Assembly (NCBI GenBank): GCA_965153355.1
Contig: OZ231126.1
Span: 41,292,001-41,356,000 of the forward strand
Reading direction: 5' to 3'
DNA: 64,000 bases
From: Flaccisagitta enflata
Taxonomy: Eukaryota
The notes under the pieces are model-generated. The model saw only the letters and a list, made by a program, of their open reading frames with translations, did no database searches and was not told where the DNA came from. Position 1 is the stretch's first letter; each line of letters starts with the position of its first letter. The translations under genes were made by a program, and so were the position numbers. Below are positions 15,204-29,041 of the stretch, piece by piece.

Positions 15204-15461
15204 CAGGTGAGATTAAACCCTGGGGGTTGACCAATGGGGGTTGCTCGGGGTTACTTGAGGTTAAACCCTAAGTAAACACAAAGTAAACCCCAAGTAACCT
15301 GAGCTCAGGGTTTGCTCGGGGTTTGCTTGAGGTTGCTCGGGGTTGTATTGTTAGAAACAACGACTACCAATAACATCAACTCAGAACAACCCCAAGCGAC
15401 CCCAAGCAACCCCGAGCAGAACCCAAGCGATTCTAAGCAACCTCGGGGTTTAATCTCACTG
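15204..15461. mobile_element. Small foldback/MITE-like palindrome with internal ~10-bp GGGTTGCTCG repeats
   Basis: GTGAGATTAAACCC at the left is mirrored by GGGTTTAATCTCAC at the right; the internal repeats switch strand across the centre. Confidence 0.65.
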
Positions 15462-16399
15462 TTTTACGTTAGAGATTACCTGGTGGGTTGATCAATTCTT
15501 TATGCATCATGTATGATTAGTTTGCTATTTCAAGGCTGCTCGGGCTCATCTGACCTTGTTTACCTGCATGTTGTCATGACAATAGTGAATTGATTCGGGG
15601 TTGTTTTTCGGATATCTTGTAGTCAATCCATGTTAAAACTCTTTGTTCTTGATACTTTGGACCAGATGAAAACAGTATATCGATAATGTATGCCATTTTT
15701 GCATGTAAAAATAATGACTTTTGAAAGCATAATTGGTATATATGAAAAAATATCTTTTTTGGTGTACAAAACTAAAATTCATATAGAATTAAAAAGTCAG
15801 AAATAGAACTTTTTGGGTAAATTTGACCCTTACAAAAAGATTTATTAAGAGAAAACTGCAATTCTGTTGTTAGTTTTCTTGCCCTCAAAGTCTAGTTTAT
15901 TTGCTTTGGTAAGCGCGATGCATGTTGATATAACTTACCTCTTTCAGCATAGTGTGTGCCAAGCTAAGAAAGTCACCATGGCGTAAGCACAAATACTAGA
16001 ATCTATGATTCTTTTTAACCTATTTTGCCTAGGAAATAAAATGTCAAAATCAAAACCTTTGCCCCCAATTATTTGACTCCCATAGCGACTAGGGATACTG
16101 ACAAGACCTACAATCAATTCTAGCTTCTAGTTTAACTAACTGGGGTACTCTAGTTCAAATCTTATGATGCTGGGTCACTTTTAAGTATAGTTTTAGTAGG
16201 TTGATACCGACCCCCCCATTGATTACCCCCCATTGATTACATCAACTCCAAATCGATTTTCCAATTAGTTGGGGCTCTAATTTTGCATGTGGAACTGGAA
16301 CATAAAAAGTGCGTGGAAATGAATTTTTATTTGAATGCCTAAATTGAGCCCATTCAGTAATCATCCCAGTGAGTCGTGTCGTTCAACTGGAATGCAGGT

Positions 16400-16657
16400 C
16401 TGGACTTCCAGCCCCCACTAGACTCTAATTAGAGACCCTAAATTAGATCCCTGAGGCCTTCTAGACCTTAATTCAGGCCTTTCAGACCCCAAATTATCAA
16501 ATTAAGCCTCTCAGACCCCAACTCAAAAAATTGTCGTGTGTGGAATCAAAGGTCATCTGCCCCTCCGGGGTTGCTGCCCCTCTCACCACCATATACTCAT
16601 ATAAACCAAATTAGGGGCATCGGGTTCCGCTGACCATGTAACGCTTTTGCGACTATG
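16400..16657 (+). mobile_element. Family B element, 3' part
   Basis: Degenerate 21-bp CAGACCCCAAAT repeats, then GGTCATCTGCCCCTCCGGGGTTGCTGCCCC...CCGCTGACCATGTAACGCTTTTGCGACTAT, as in 53184-53737. Confidence 0.75.
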
Positions 16658-18087
16658 ATAGCTTAAATGACAAATCGGTTTATTTGTTTTCCTGATATGA
16701 ATTCCCTCGTATTTCATAGTCAGAACATCATCTAACACTTGTCTCACAATCATTTATAAAACATTACAAAGACTTCATTTCTATACACACAATATACTGA
16801 TTGGGTTGAATTTTAATGAGACACAATGTACTGATTGGGATGAATTTTAATGAGTCAGTCCGTGTGAAGAGGAAATTTATTTTTGGTTTTATTAATTTTG
16901 ACCTTCTAAAACTATCTAATTTACGACTTACTACAACTTAAAGGAAGGTGATTGCTCCTAAACTTTGCTCCTTACAACAGCGTCCCCCCCCGAAGGCAAC
17001 ATTTGTGTTTCAAAGAGGGTCAAAATGGAAATTTTGAATAAATGGAAATAGGAAAACAGGTTTTTAAAAAATGATTCTAATAGCTCAGACATAATATTTT
17101 AAAAAAAAAATTGCTTTTATTTAGCAAGAAGGATCAAGTTTAGCCAATGTTACTAAAATGATTTATTGAAACTTTCTATTTTTTTCATTTTTGGTCACTG
17201 ACAGGGGGCTGGTCTAAATTCTAAATTGCATAGAAAATTAAAATATTAAAAAACAAAGAACATACATATGTAGTTCTCACATACATACAAAGAACATACA
17301 TACATACATATATACAAAGAACATACATATGTAGTTCTCTTCCAAAATCGATTACAGAGAGAACTATGTTTTTCAAAATGCAAAATTTCCCTGCAAGGTA
17401 TGGCATTTTCCTTAGGAATTTAGACCACAGAAATGAAAAATGTAAGGAGAAATTTGCCAAAAACCATCATTTTCCTACTTGTTTCTATGTGAATCGCATA
17501 GTTCAAATTACTTTTTAGGTCAGAATATGATAAAAAGGTATACACCAGGTGTCTTTAGAGACAAAATGTCTATTAAAAGCATTCCAGCTTTATTATCATC
17601 CTGATAATGATGTAAAAAGGGTAGTGAAACACTTAATTTTCCTTCGAAAATTCGCCGTCTTACATCTCTTTGCAAATGAGCTTTGTTGTCTTTTTCCAAT
17701 TCAATCAAAAGTCATGAACGAATCAAAGAGCTTATCAAAAGCTATGCAATTTGGTAATTTTGAAATTGTTTTCTTTAAGGAGGCTAACAAAAATATTCAT
17801 TTGCAAATTAAAGCATCTTTTTTGCTTCAGCTAATGGTTAAATCCATTCAAGTCCAAATACCTAAGTTAAAATATGGTAGCATCCGGTTCTTTTATCAAT
17901 AATTGTGCCACAGAGGTGATTGTAGCAGAGACTTGATTTGGTGGCAGAAGCTGCCAGACAGAATAAGACTTAACTTACCTCATATTGACGGTGAAATGTT
18001 TCAGCCAAAACCAATACAGTATAGTTTCATACTCTGCGTGGTTGACCAAATTTATAGATATCGGTGAGGAAATAAATTGATAAATGG

Positions 18088-18145
<58 letters not shown>

Positions 18146-18156
18146 TATGTATATAC

Positions 18157-18328
<172 letters not shown>

Positions 18329-18480
18329 AAGAGCTCTTTTAGTCATGACAAGTAGAACAATATCCCTCACTATTCCTATACAGGCCCTTCTGTAAATAAA
18401 TGGAAAATTGTCCTTTGGGATATCCAGATATCTGACAGCCGATACATTTAGGAATACAATTGCGTGGTCGATATGCGAAT

Positions 18481-18696
18481 TTTTGGTCGTCGCGTGCTAC
18501 ACGACTCTACACCCCGCTATGTCGGTCCGTCGGTCGGTTGATCGGTTGGTCGGTCGGTCGGTCCCCTTTTCACTTTTTCGGCGTTTTTTCGCTTTTTGAG
18601 TATACGGCTCCTGCCCAGATGACCTGGTGACCTTCTCCAGCACTGCTCCTGCCCACCCACACGCGACTAGGGCAGCTGTGTATCCGACCTTGTTTT
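18481..18696 (+). mobile_element. Family A HINE-like element
   Basis: GTCGCGTGCTACACGACTCTAC...(GTCG)n...CACGCGACT...GTGTATCCGACCTTGTTTT. Confidence 0.75.
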
Positions 18697-18909
18697 TCTA
18701 TATTTCCGCATTTGCGATAAATCACAGGGCCGATGCATGGCAATTAGAAGTATATCTTTGATGACGGAGTGCCGAGATGAAGTCTAAATCAATTTTCCAA
18801 TAAGATTGGGCTCGTAATATGTGAATGGAACATGAAGAGCGCTCGGAAATAATGTTTCATTGGAATGCCTGAATTGAGTCCACTCTAATGTATCCGGCCT
18901 TGTTCTCAG

Positions 18910-19224
18910 GTTCTGGCGGTGCCCTTCACAGCTAACCACGCTTACACGTTACCCATCGGTCAAACGTTTTATGCTCCTGATAATTCTTCATCGTCAACAC
19001 AACATAATCTCTTTTCATCGTCGACGTCGTCGTCGTCGTCGTCGTCGTCATCAACATCATCGGCAGCTCTGATAAATGCGTCGTTAGCGGGTTCAGCGAC
19101 TAATACTTCTGCCTTTATTGATCCCCGATATCAAAGAGGTTGGAAAGGAGATGTTGATTCTGCCAGCCTCGGGGCCTACATCGATGTCTATCTATTGCTT
19201 ATCTTCGGCGGCATTCCCTGGCAG
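18910..19224 (+). CDS. SLC5A7: Internal exon of high-affinity choline transporter-like gene (SLC5A7/CHT1 family, sodium:solute symporter)
   Basis: ttctcAG|GTT...CAG|GTtagt, 315 nt, phase 0/0; translates VLAVPFTANHAY...GWKGDVDSASLGAYIDVYLLLIFGGIPWQ, matching the recalled CHT1 segment SVPF...W.G.VD...LD..LLL.LGGIPWQ. Confidence 0.9.
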
Positions 19225-19342
19225 GTTAGTGAATGAATGCATGAATGAATGCATGAGTGAATGAATGAATGAATGAATGAATGAATGAATGAATGAATGA
19301 ATGAATGAATGAATGAATGAATGAATGGATGGAATGATGAAT

Positions 19343-20349
19343 GACGCCGCTGGCCTCGGGGCCTACATCGACGTTTATCTATTGCTTATCTTCGGCGGCA
19401 TTCCCTGGCAGGTTAATGAATGAATGCATGAATGAATGAATGAATGAATGGATGAATGAATGAATGAATGAATGGATGAATGAATGAATGAATGAATAGA
19501 TGAATGAACGAACGAATGAATGACGCCGCTTGCCTCGGGACCTACATCGACGTTTATCTATTGCTTGTTTTCGGCGGCATTCCATGGCAGGTTAATGAAT
19601 GAATGAATGAATGAATGAATGAATGAATGAATGAATGAATGAATGAATGAATCAGAGAACGAATGAATAAACGCATGAATGAATGAATGAATGAATGAAT
19701 GAATGAATGAATGAATGAATGAATACATCGACGCCTCTTCATTCATTGCTTATCTTCGCGGCATTCCTGGGCGGGTTGATGATTTAGCCGCGGGAATGCT
19801 GAATGAATGAATGCATGAATGAATGAATGAATGAATCAATGAATGAAGGAATGAATGAATGAATGAATGAATGAATGAATTAATTAATGAATGACGCCGC
19901 TGGCCCCGGAGCCTACATCAACGTTTATCCATTGCTTATTTTCGGCGGCATTCCCTGGCAGGTTACTGAATGAATGAATGAATGAATTAATGAATGAATG
20001 AATGAATGAATTAATGAATGACGCCGCTGGCCCCGGAGCCTTCATCAACGTTTATCCATTGCTTATTTTCGGCAGCATTCCCTGGCAGGAATGAGAAGAA
20101 AATTGAAGGCAGGGGGGGAATGAAATGAAAAGCTGCTCAATTATATACACCCCTGTGAATGAATGCATGAATGAATGAATGACGCCGTTAGCCTCGGGCC
20201 TATATTGACGTTTATCTATTGCTTATCTTCGGCGGCATTCCCTGGCAGGTTAATGAATAAATGAATGAATGAATGAATGAATGAATGAATCACGCCGCCA
20301 GCCTTGGGGCCTACATCGACATTTATCTATCGCTTATCTTCGGCGGCAG
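19343..20349 (+). repeat. Array of ~7 duplicated copies of the last ~69 nt of the choline-transporter exon, separated by (GAAT)n
   Basis: Copies at ~19343-19411, 19522-19590, 19724-19775 (degenerate), 19893-19961, 20020-20088, 20181-20248, 20291-20349 (partial). Confidence 0.92.
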
Positions 20350-20427
20350 CTTATTTCGACGATAACCTATTGCTAATTTTCGCACATTTTCTATTAATTA
20401 TAACCCCCTTAAAAACCTCTCTTTCAG

Positions 20428-20557
20428 GTATACTTCCAGCGCGTCCTTTCGGCCAAGACGGCGACCTACGCACGGAATCTTTCTTTCATCGCGGGATTTG
20501 GCTGTATTCTTATGGTCATCCCACCGGTTCTCATCGGAGCTGCAGCATTTTCAACCG
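20428..20557 (+). CDS. SLC5A7: Next exon of choline transporter-like gene
   Basis: ctttcAG|GTATAC...ACCG|GTagtt, 130 nt, phase 0/1; [43 protein letters not shown] continues GGIPWQ exactly as in CHT1 (AYFQRVLS...FGCLVMAIP..LIGA...ST). Confidence 0.93.
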
Positions 20558-20560
20558 GTA

Positions 20561-20591
<31 letters not shown>

Positions 20592-20594
20592 GTT

Positions 20595-20625
<31 letters not shown>

Positions 20626-20930
20626 TTGCTGTTGTTACTATTGTTGCTGTTGCTGTTGTTGTACTTTATGGTCATTCCACCAGCTCTACTTCAGACGCAT
20701 TTTCAATATGGTTATTGTTGTTGTTGTTGTTGTTGCTGTTGTTGTTGTTGCTGTTGTTGTTATTGTTGTTTTTTTTATACTTATGGGCATTCCACCAGTT
20801 CTCATCGGAGCTGCAGCATTTTCAACCGGTAGTTGCTGTTGTTGTTATTGTTGTTGTTGTTGTTGTTGTTGTTTCTTTGTTGTTGTTGTTGCTTTGGTGA
20901 TGGCGGTGGTGGTGGTGTTGTGCTGCTATA

Positions 20931-20968
<38 letters not shown>

Positions 20969-21338
20969 CTGGCATTGCTATGGCGTGTGAGTCGCTGGTG
21001 TTGATGATATGTTCGACAACTTCGTTGTAGTCTCCGTTACTATCAATATGTTGTTGTTGTTGTTGTTGTTGTTGTTTTTGATGTTTGCTTGGTTAAAGTC
21101 GTGGGTTAATTTATGGGGCGCTTTAAGTGAAGTAATGTACTGTCTCCTTGCACGCTGTATTTGCCTAGACAAGCTCATCTATCTGGCAGTCTTTCATGGT
21201 CCCTTTGACTGTCCGACCTTGCAATTTGAGTCGTCTATCTGACTGTCTCCTTGTCCATGTTGCTACATATGTGTTTACCAACACAAGCTCATCTATCTGG
21301 CAGTCTTTCATGGTCCTTTTGACTGTCCGACCTTGGCA

Positions 21339-21439
<101 letters not shown>

Positions 21440-21651
21440 TGGGATTTGTTGGAAGGACCAAAAGGACGATATAGATGGGGTCACCATCCCTACACCCTAC
21501 TTACAGGCATTTTTTACATAATCTAGACTTACGTTGAGCGGATCACTCATTGCGAATAGATTGAGACAATTTGAAATTGGGCAGATTGATCAGTTTTTGT
21601 AGAATTTACGTGTTTTTTTTCACTGTTTGTTTACTTATCATTCAAAAGTAA

Positions 21652-23362
21652 TAGTCCAGTCTCTAAAAGGAAGATAAAGAAAGAACTCGGCGAATCTGGA
21701 AAAAGGCGTGAAAATTTGCATACTGGGTCAGTTTTTCATACTGAACAAGACTGGACGGGGTACACGTCTGATTTTTTAGTGCATTAGGTTTAGAAGCCCT
21801 GATTAGAGTTCACAGAAAGGTAATAGTTTCGCCAAGCAAAAAAAAAAGTTTTAAAATCATAAAATTGTAAAATCTTTCAACACGCATCAAAGGTGCTACA
21901 AACTCAATGGCTCAGGAGATATTTTTTGTCTCTTTATGTATCCAAGCAGAAAAAAATATGTAAGTCAATATTTTGCTGGCCAGTTGGGTTTGAGTAAAAA
22001 AATTGGTTGTCCATCCTAATGTACCCCGTTAAAAAACGCGTTTTTTCCCCTAAAAAACACTTTAAAGTGGCGCTGACGCCAAACTTATTGACCAATGACC
22101 ATAAAATTTGAGGTGAAGAAAAATATGCCTTTTTTCTACTTGCATGCAAAATTTCAGCAAAATCGGTCAAGTAGAAGCGGAGATATTGCCGTTTAAAGTC
22201 TAGGCCTATTTTCAAAAAAAAGGGCTATGTTTCAATTTTAGGGTAAAATTTTGTTTTTTTGAGCTAAAATTCTGAAACTGTTTTTAAACATTCATTTCAC
22301 CCTAATACTTGCAAGAAAACAAAAAAAATCTGGTGTTTTTTTCATTTTTTGGCCTAAAAACCAAAAATTTTAGTCTCAAAATTTAGGCTGGATCTTCAAA
22401 AAAGGCTTGAACAAGGAAAATATTGAAATCAAGTGCGCTCACTTGTCATGAAGTGTACCGACTTATTCCCAAACTTTCAGAGGGGCAAGCCAATCTAGAA
22501 AGACAAAAAATCATTTCAAAATTCAAGAGTAAAAAGAACCCAAAATTATGCATTTTTAGACTCCTTCGGACATTTGATAATGCTACGGCCAAATGCCTCA
22601 TCCGATTTGCCTAAAATTGTGCATGCAACTCCCAATATGTGAGGGGAATAAATGTGCCAAATTTCAGCCTCCTTATTAAACATTGAATTTTTTCAAATAT
22701 CCAAAAGGGTCCAAAAATTTTGGAAGTTTTTTTTTAAACTTTGAAATGATTTTTTTGTCTTTTAGGTTGGCGTACTTCCTTGAAAGCCTCTAAATAAGTT
22801 GGTACACTTCATGACAATAGATTCCTCAAGTGAGCGCCCTAGATTTCAATATTTTCCTTGGACAAACCTTTTTTAAAGATCCAGCCTAAATTTTGAGACT
22901 CAATTTTTTTGTTTACAAAACAGAAAAACATCAGATTTTTTTCAATTTCTTTTGTTTTTAGAGTAAATTAGAGTAAAATAAATGTCTAAAACTAGTATTA
23001 GACTTTTAGTTAAAAAAAACAAAATTTTACCCAAAAATTAAAACATAGCCCTTTTTTGAAAATAGGCCTAGACTTTAAACCGCCATAGCTCCGCTCTTCA
23101 TTTCTCACCGATTTTGCTGAAATTTTGCATGCAAGTAAAAAATATGCATATTTTTCTTCACCTAAAATTTCATAGTCATTGATCAATATGGTCAAAGGTC
23201 ATCAAAGTGTTTTTTTGGGAAAATAGGTTTTTTAACGGGGTCCACTAAAAAATCAGACGTGTACCCCGTCCAGTCTTGTTCAGCACAAAAAACTGACCCC
23301 GTGTGCAAATTTTCACAGCTTCTTCCAGATTCGCCGAGTTCTTTTTCTTAAATCCTGGACTA
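21652..23362. mobile_element. ~1.7 kb non-autonomous foldback element with TAA TSD (PIF/Harbinger-like)
   Basis: TAA-TAGTCCAG...CTGGACTA-TAA; arms 21682-21780 and ~22021-22590 are the reverse complement of ~22700-23345; no transposase ORF. Confidence 0.8.
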
Positions 23363-24054
23363 TAATAAAAATGAATAAACAGCTTTTCCCAAAGAATCCG
23401 TCCTTTCTGGGTCATACCTAAACTCGGCGCGTAGCGAGTCACTTTATTTTTTATCGATTGGGCATATTGTTTTATAAAAAATTACACTGGACAGTGAATC
23501 TAGGTATCATTACGTACAGCAAATAGTACGTGTACAAATGTACTAGAGATACTAAAGGAGAGTTCAACATATGAAATTTGACTGGACAGTGAATCTACGT
23601 ATTATTACGTACAACGAATAGTAAGTGTACAAATGTACAAGAGATACTAAGCCATAATATAAATTCTCAATCACTTGATTTGAAAATGGCCTTTTCCAAA
23701 GAACGTTTACATCCATTGAAAAATGCAATAATATTCTTGATCTGCTGCGCCTAAAAGTCCCATTTAGCAAAAAAGATGCTGAAAAAGCGTCGAAAGAAGA
23801 AAAAATCTTGATATATCTTTCATGCAAATGGAATTGCATTTTTTCTCTATGAAATTTCTTTACATTCAGACGTTTTCCCCCTTCAGTCATTACGCCTTTT
23901 CATAGTCCAACAGTCTCACAGCTTAGAATATCCAGAGAAAAAATTATAGAGGACGATTCATACTGGTCGAATTCACTGGCCTTCAGTGGACCTCTTCATT
24001 TGTACCTGCTTCTACAACCTACATCATCCCTGGTCAACACTCGCTTAGCAGTAG

Positions 24055-25482
<1,428 letters not shown>

Positions 25483-25787
25483 ATGAAGGGGGAAGACTGG
25501 GTGAATTCCAATGATTTCATTTCCTTCATTCTTCCCATGTTGCAACACAAAAGTGCCAGAAAATTAAATCAAGGATCTTTTGCACCTTTTCCTTGATTTC
25601 GGATCTTCAAAGGTGAAATGGGAGAAGAAGAAGAAATTTGGGAATCAATCTTGAATGGTTGATCTCAACGATCTCGTTGCCAGTCAGTGTTGGATTCTAT
25701 TTAGTTACTTTTGCTGCCGTTTTTTCAGGTTGCTGCAATGCTACTGGCTGCAGTGTGATGATGCTTAAGTCGAAATTATTATGATTA

Positions 25788-26193
25788 CTACTCGACTCAA
25801 CGAAAAAGCCGCACTTTCAAAAGGCAAATTGTCATATTGAATCTTAAAATAATGAATCAAAACCTCAGACCGTTAAAAAGCTCTTGAAAAGATCTTTATT
25901 TGGCGCCAATCTGGTAATTCTAGCTTTATTCGTTGAGAAATGGCATAAGAATGAGTAGAAACATTTCTATTGTCAGTTTGAAATCCCATTGAAATTTAAG
26001 CATTTTTACAAATTAAAAGTTGAATTCGACTAGCTCTAGCTCCTAAACCGTTTGAGATACAGATCTGGGATTGGTCTAGAATCAAAGAAAATTTGAAAAT
26101 CTTTATGATCATTTCAACAGAAAAATGTTTTAATGATTTCTTTTTCTCATTGATCTACTCAAAATAGGGTGTGGCTTTTTTTTAGTCGAGTAG
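25788..26193. mobile_element. MITE with TA TSD
   Basis: TA-CTACTCGACT...AAAAAGCCGCAC at the left; GTGTGGCTTTTTTTTAGTCGAGTAG-TA at the right. Confidence 0.7.
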
Positions 26194-26977
26194 TAAGGTT
26201 TGAATGTTTGATTTTGAATCATTTTGATATTCCCGCGCAACTTCTTTTCGTTCTTCGTTCTACCCAGACCTAATTTGATATTGTTCATTATCCCAAATAT
26301 TCATTGTGTCACAAAACTCAGCCAAGACCCCAGTAAACTTCAAAAAGGTACGTTTTTTCTCGTGCGCGGATGCATTTCATCCAACCGCACTTCATTCCCA
26401 TCACCAACTACCCAAACCCATATACAAACACCCCAATTGAATAATTACCAACCGAGCTCCACTCCAACCAAATAAAAACAAGGCCAAGTAGGCCAACATT
26501 GCGTCCTCTTTGAATGAATGTTTCTTATCGAATTAATATTTTTTATTTTGATAGATTTTTTCTATGAGTGTATGTTTTTTTATGATTGAATTTTTTTTTA
26601 TGAAGAATGTCATTTATGAATGAATGAATTATTTAATGAATGAATTACTAAAAGTATGCTACTTTTACTGGGTTGGTTTCACTTTTCTGTGGACAAAAGA
26701 TTCTGTGATTTTTATGAATGTGTTACCTGACCGACCGACCTTTGGACACAGTCTATTATAGAGATGCGAGGATGCATCTAAAAAACGTCTTAGATAAACC
26801 CAAATTTTACTACCACTAAACTCTCCACATTCAACTAACCACACTCCACTTTGGCCCTTTTCACTGCGCCCGCCTGATGAAAAAAACGACCCTTTCTTTT
26901 TTAGCTGAAGTCAAATTTGCTTGCACCATGACTCTTTTGCACACTTTTGTACACAATCTTTCCTCTTTCTCCTTTAT

Positions 26978-27029
<52 letters not shown>

Positions 27030-27206
27030 ACACACACAGACACACAGAAAACTCCTCCCATCTGATATCCATAAAGGAATGATAAAGAAATTCCTTCCTT
27101 TCTCCAACGAAAATTTCTCTCTTTAATTCTCTTTCATTATTTCTCCTTTTTCCCCAAATTTCTATCTTTGTTTCTATTTCTCTGTCTTTTCTTTTACATC
27201 CGTGCT

Positions 27207-27273
<67 letters not shown>

Positions 27274-27886
27274 ATTTTCTATTTTCTTTCTTTAATTTTC
27301 CTTTCTTACTCCCTTTCCTTCCTCCTTTCTTTCTCTCTCTCTCTCTCTCAGTCTCTTTCTTTCTTTCATGTCAGCCCGAGAAAGAGAGAGAGAGGATAAA
27401 AGAGTTCAAACTGCTTTAGGAATTGCTCTTTTATTGATATGCCCGAGAAGTGAGAGGGCGGCCTCTCGCGAGTGACTTCCAAAAAAACGAAAAGAAGGAG
27501 GTTCTCGGGACCTCATCGGCTCTCAGACTTCCCCTTCCAACCTCTCCTTTCTCCTCCTTTCTCCTCCTTTCTCTTCCTTCCTCTCTTTCTCTTCCTTTCT
27601 CTCTTTCACTCTCCTTCTCTCTACCTCCCTTCCCAGCTCCCTTCCTCTTTTACAAATTTACCCATCCCCACAGTACCTCCATCCGCTTGCAAGAGACCCT
27701 GCCCATCTTTTCATCTTCGCTCTCTTCTGTCTTCAGTCTCACCCTCATACTTTTCTCTCCCTTCTTCCTCTAACATCTCTTTTTCTTTCATTATCTTATC
27801 ATTCCGTTCCTCCCCCTTCCTCTCTTCAATTCCCTTTACACTAACCCCGACTATATAATCCTTTCAACCTCTTCCTTTTACATTTA

Positions 27887-28508
27887 CAGTGAGGCTCATA
27901 AAAAAGTTTCCAGTTTTGTCATTAACATTTTGCAGGTTTTATAAATGATAAAAGTAATCTATCAGTGAGATTATTAAAGGATTTTTTATTTTCTTCAATT
28001 TGGGTCCAATCCAAGATTTCTAGCTCTTTCTGTTTAGGCGTGACATTGATTTGAAGTAGTACACACCAAAATTTCTTTGGGAAAAAGAAGCAAAAAATTG
28101 TGATATTTTGCTTAAAGAAAACATGACTAGTTAATTTTAAACTTATGTCATTTCAAAACAAATCAAGCCACAAAGTTCTGCTTGGTCTAGATTTGAAGAA
28201 TTTTTGAAGCTCTTTAGAATGGTCATGGATATGATGTATGAATCATAGATTGTTTTCATAATTTTTTAAGAAAACAAGATCAACCTTGTATTCTGTCAAA
28301 GGCTGTTCGCTTCTGAGCATAAGTAAATTGCTTATCATCTTTGTACCTTTATAGTTTTTAAACAATTTGAGTCAAATGAATGGGGTTAGACTAGATTTTA
28401 GAGTTTTTCAAGAAGTTTAAAAATCTCATGGATTTTAATTGTTTAAAGTAACGCAAATAGAAATAACAAGCTTTTAAACTGCTGGAAACTCTTTTTTGAG
28501 CCGCACTG
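27887..28508. mobile_element. Tc1/mariner-type MITE (TA TSD, CAGT termini)
   Basis: TA-CAGTGAGGCTCATAAAAAAGTTTCCAG ... CTGGAAACTCTTTTTTGAGCCGCACTG-TA. Confidence 0.8.
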
Positions 28509-28811
28509 TACCATACCCTCTCTCCTCTTTTTCTTCTTCTTCCTCTTCTAGTTAAACCATAACTCCCTCCCTTGCCCTCTCCACCTCCTCCAACTCTTTA
28601 TTCCACTACGGCGCTGCCCTCCATTCCATCGCCCCCTCGCCCCCCTCATTCCCTTCTGTTCCCTCGGCGGAACCTCGACGGGTCAAAAGAGGCCTTGCCG
28701 GGTGAAGCTTTAAGTGGATGTAATTAACTCAGTTGAGTGTGCCAGAGAGAGAAAGAAAAGTGAGTGAGACCAGAGACGTGTTGTGTACCAAGAAAGAGAG
28801 AATCAGAGAGA

Positions 28812-28913
<102 letters not shown>

Positions 28914-28953
28914 GTTATAAAAAGATAAAAGAAGTTGATAAGAAAGAGGAAAA

Positions 28954-29041
<88 letters not shown>

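Noticed and set aside
15130-15206. RKLRKEKRCVHMLHP resembling the CHT1 MR..GYVTMLDP motif
   Set aside because: Similarity is too weak, flanking conserved residues are absent, and the apparent donor is the end of a palindromic element.
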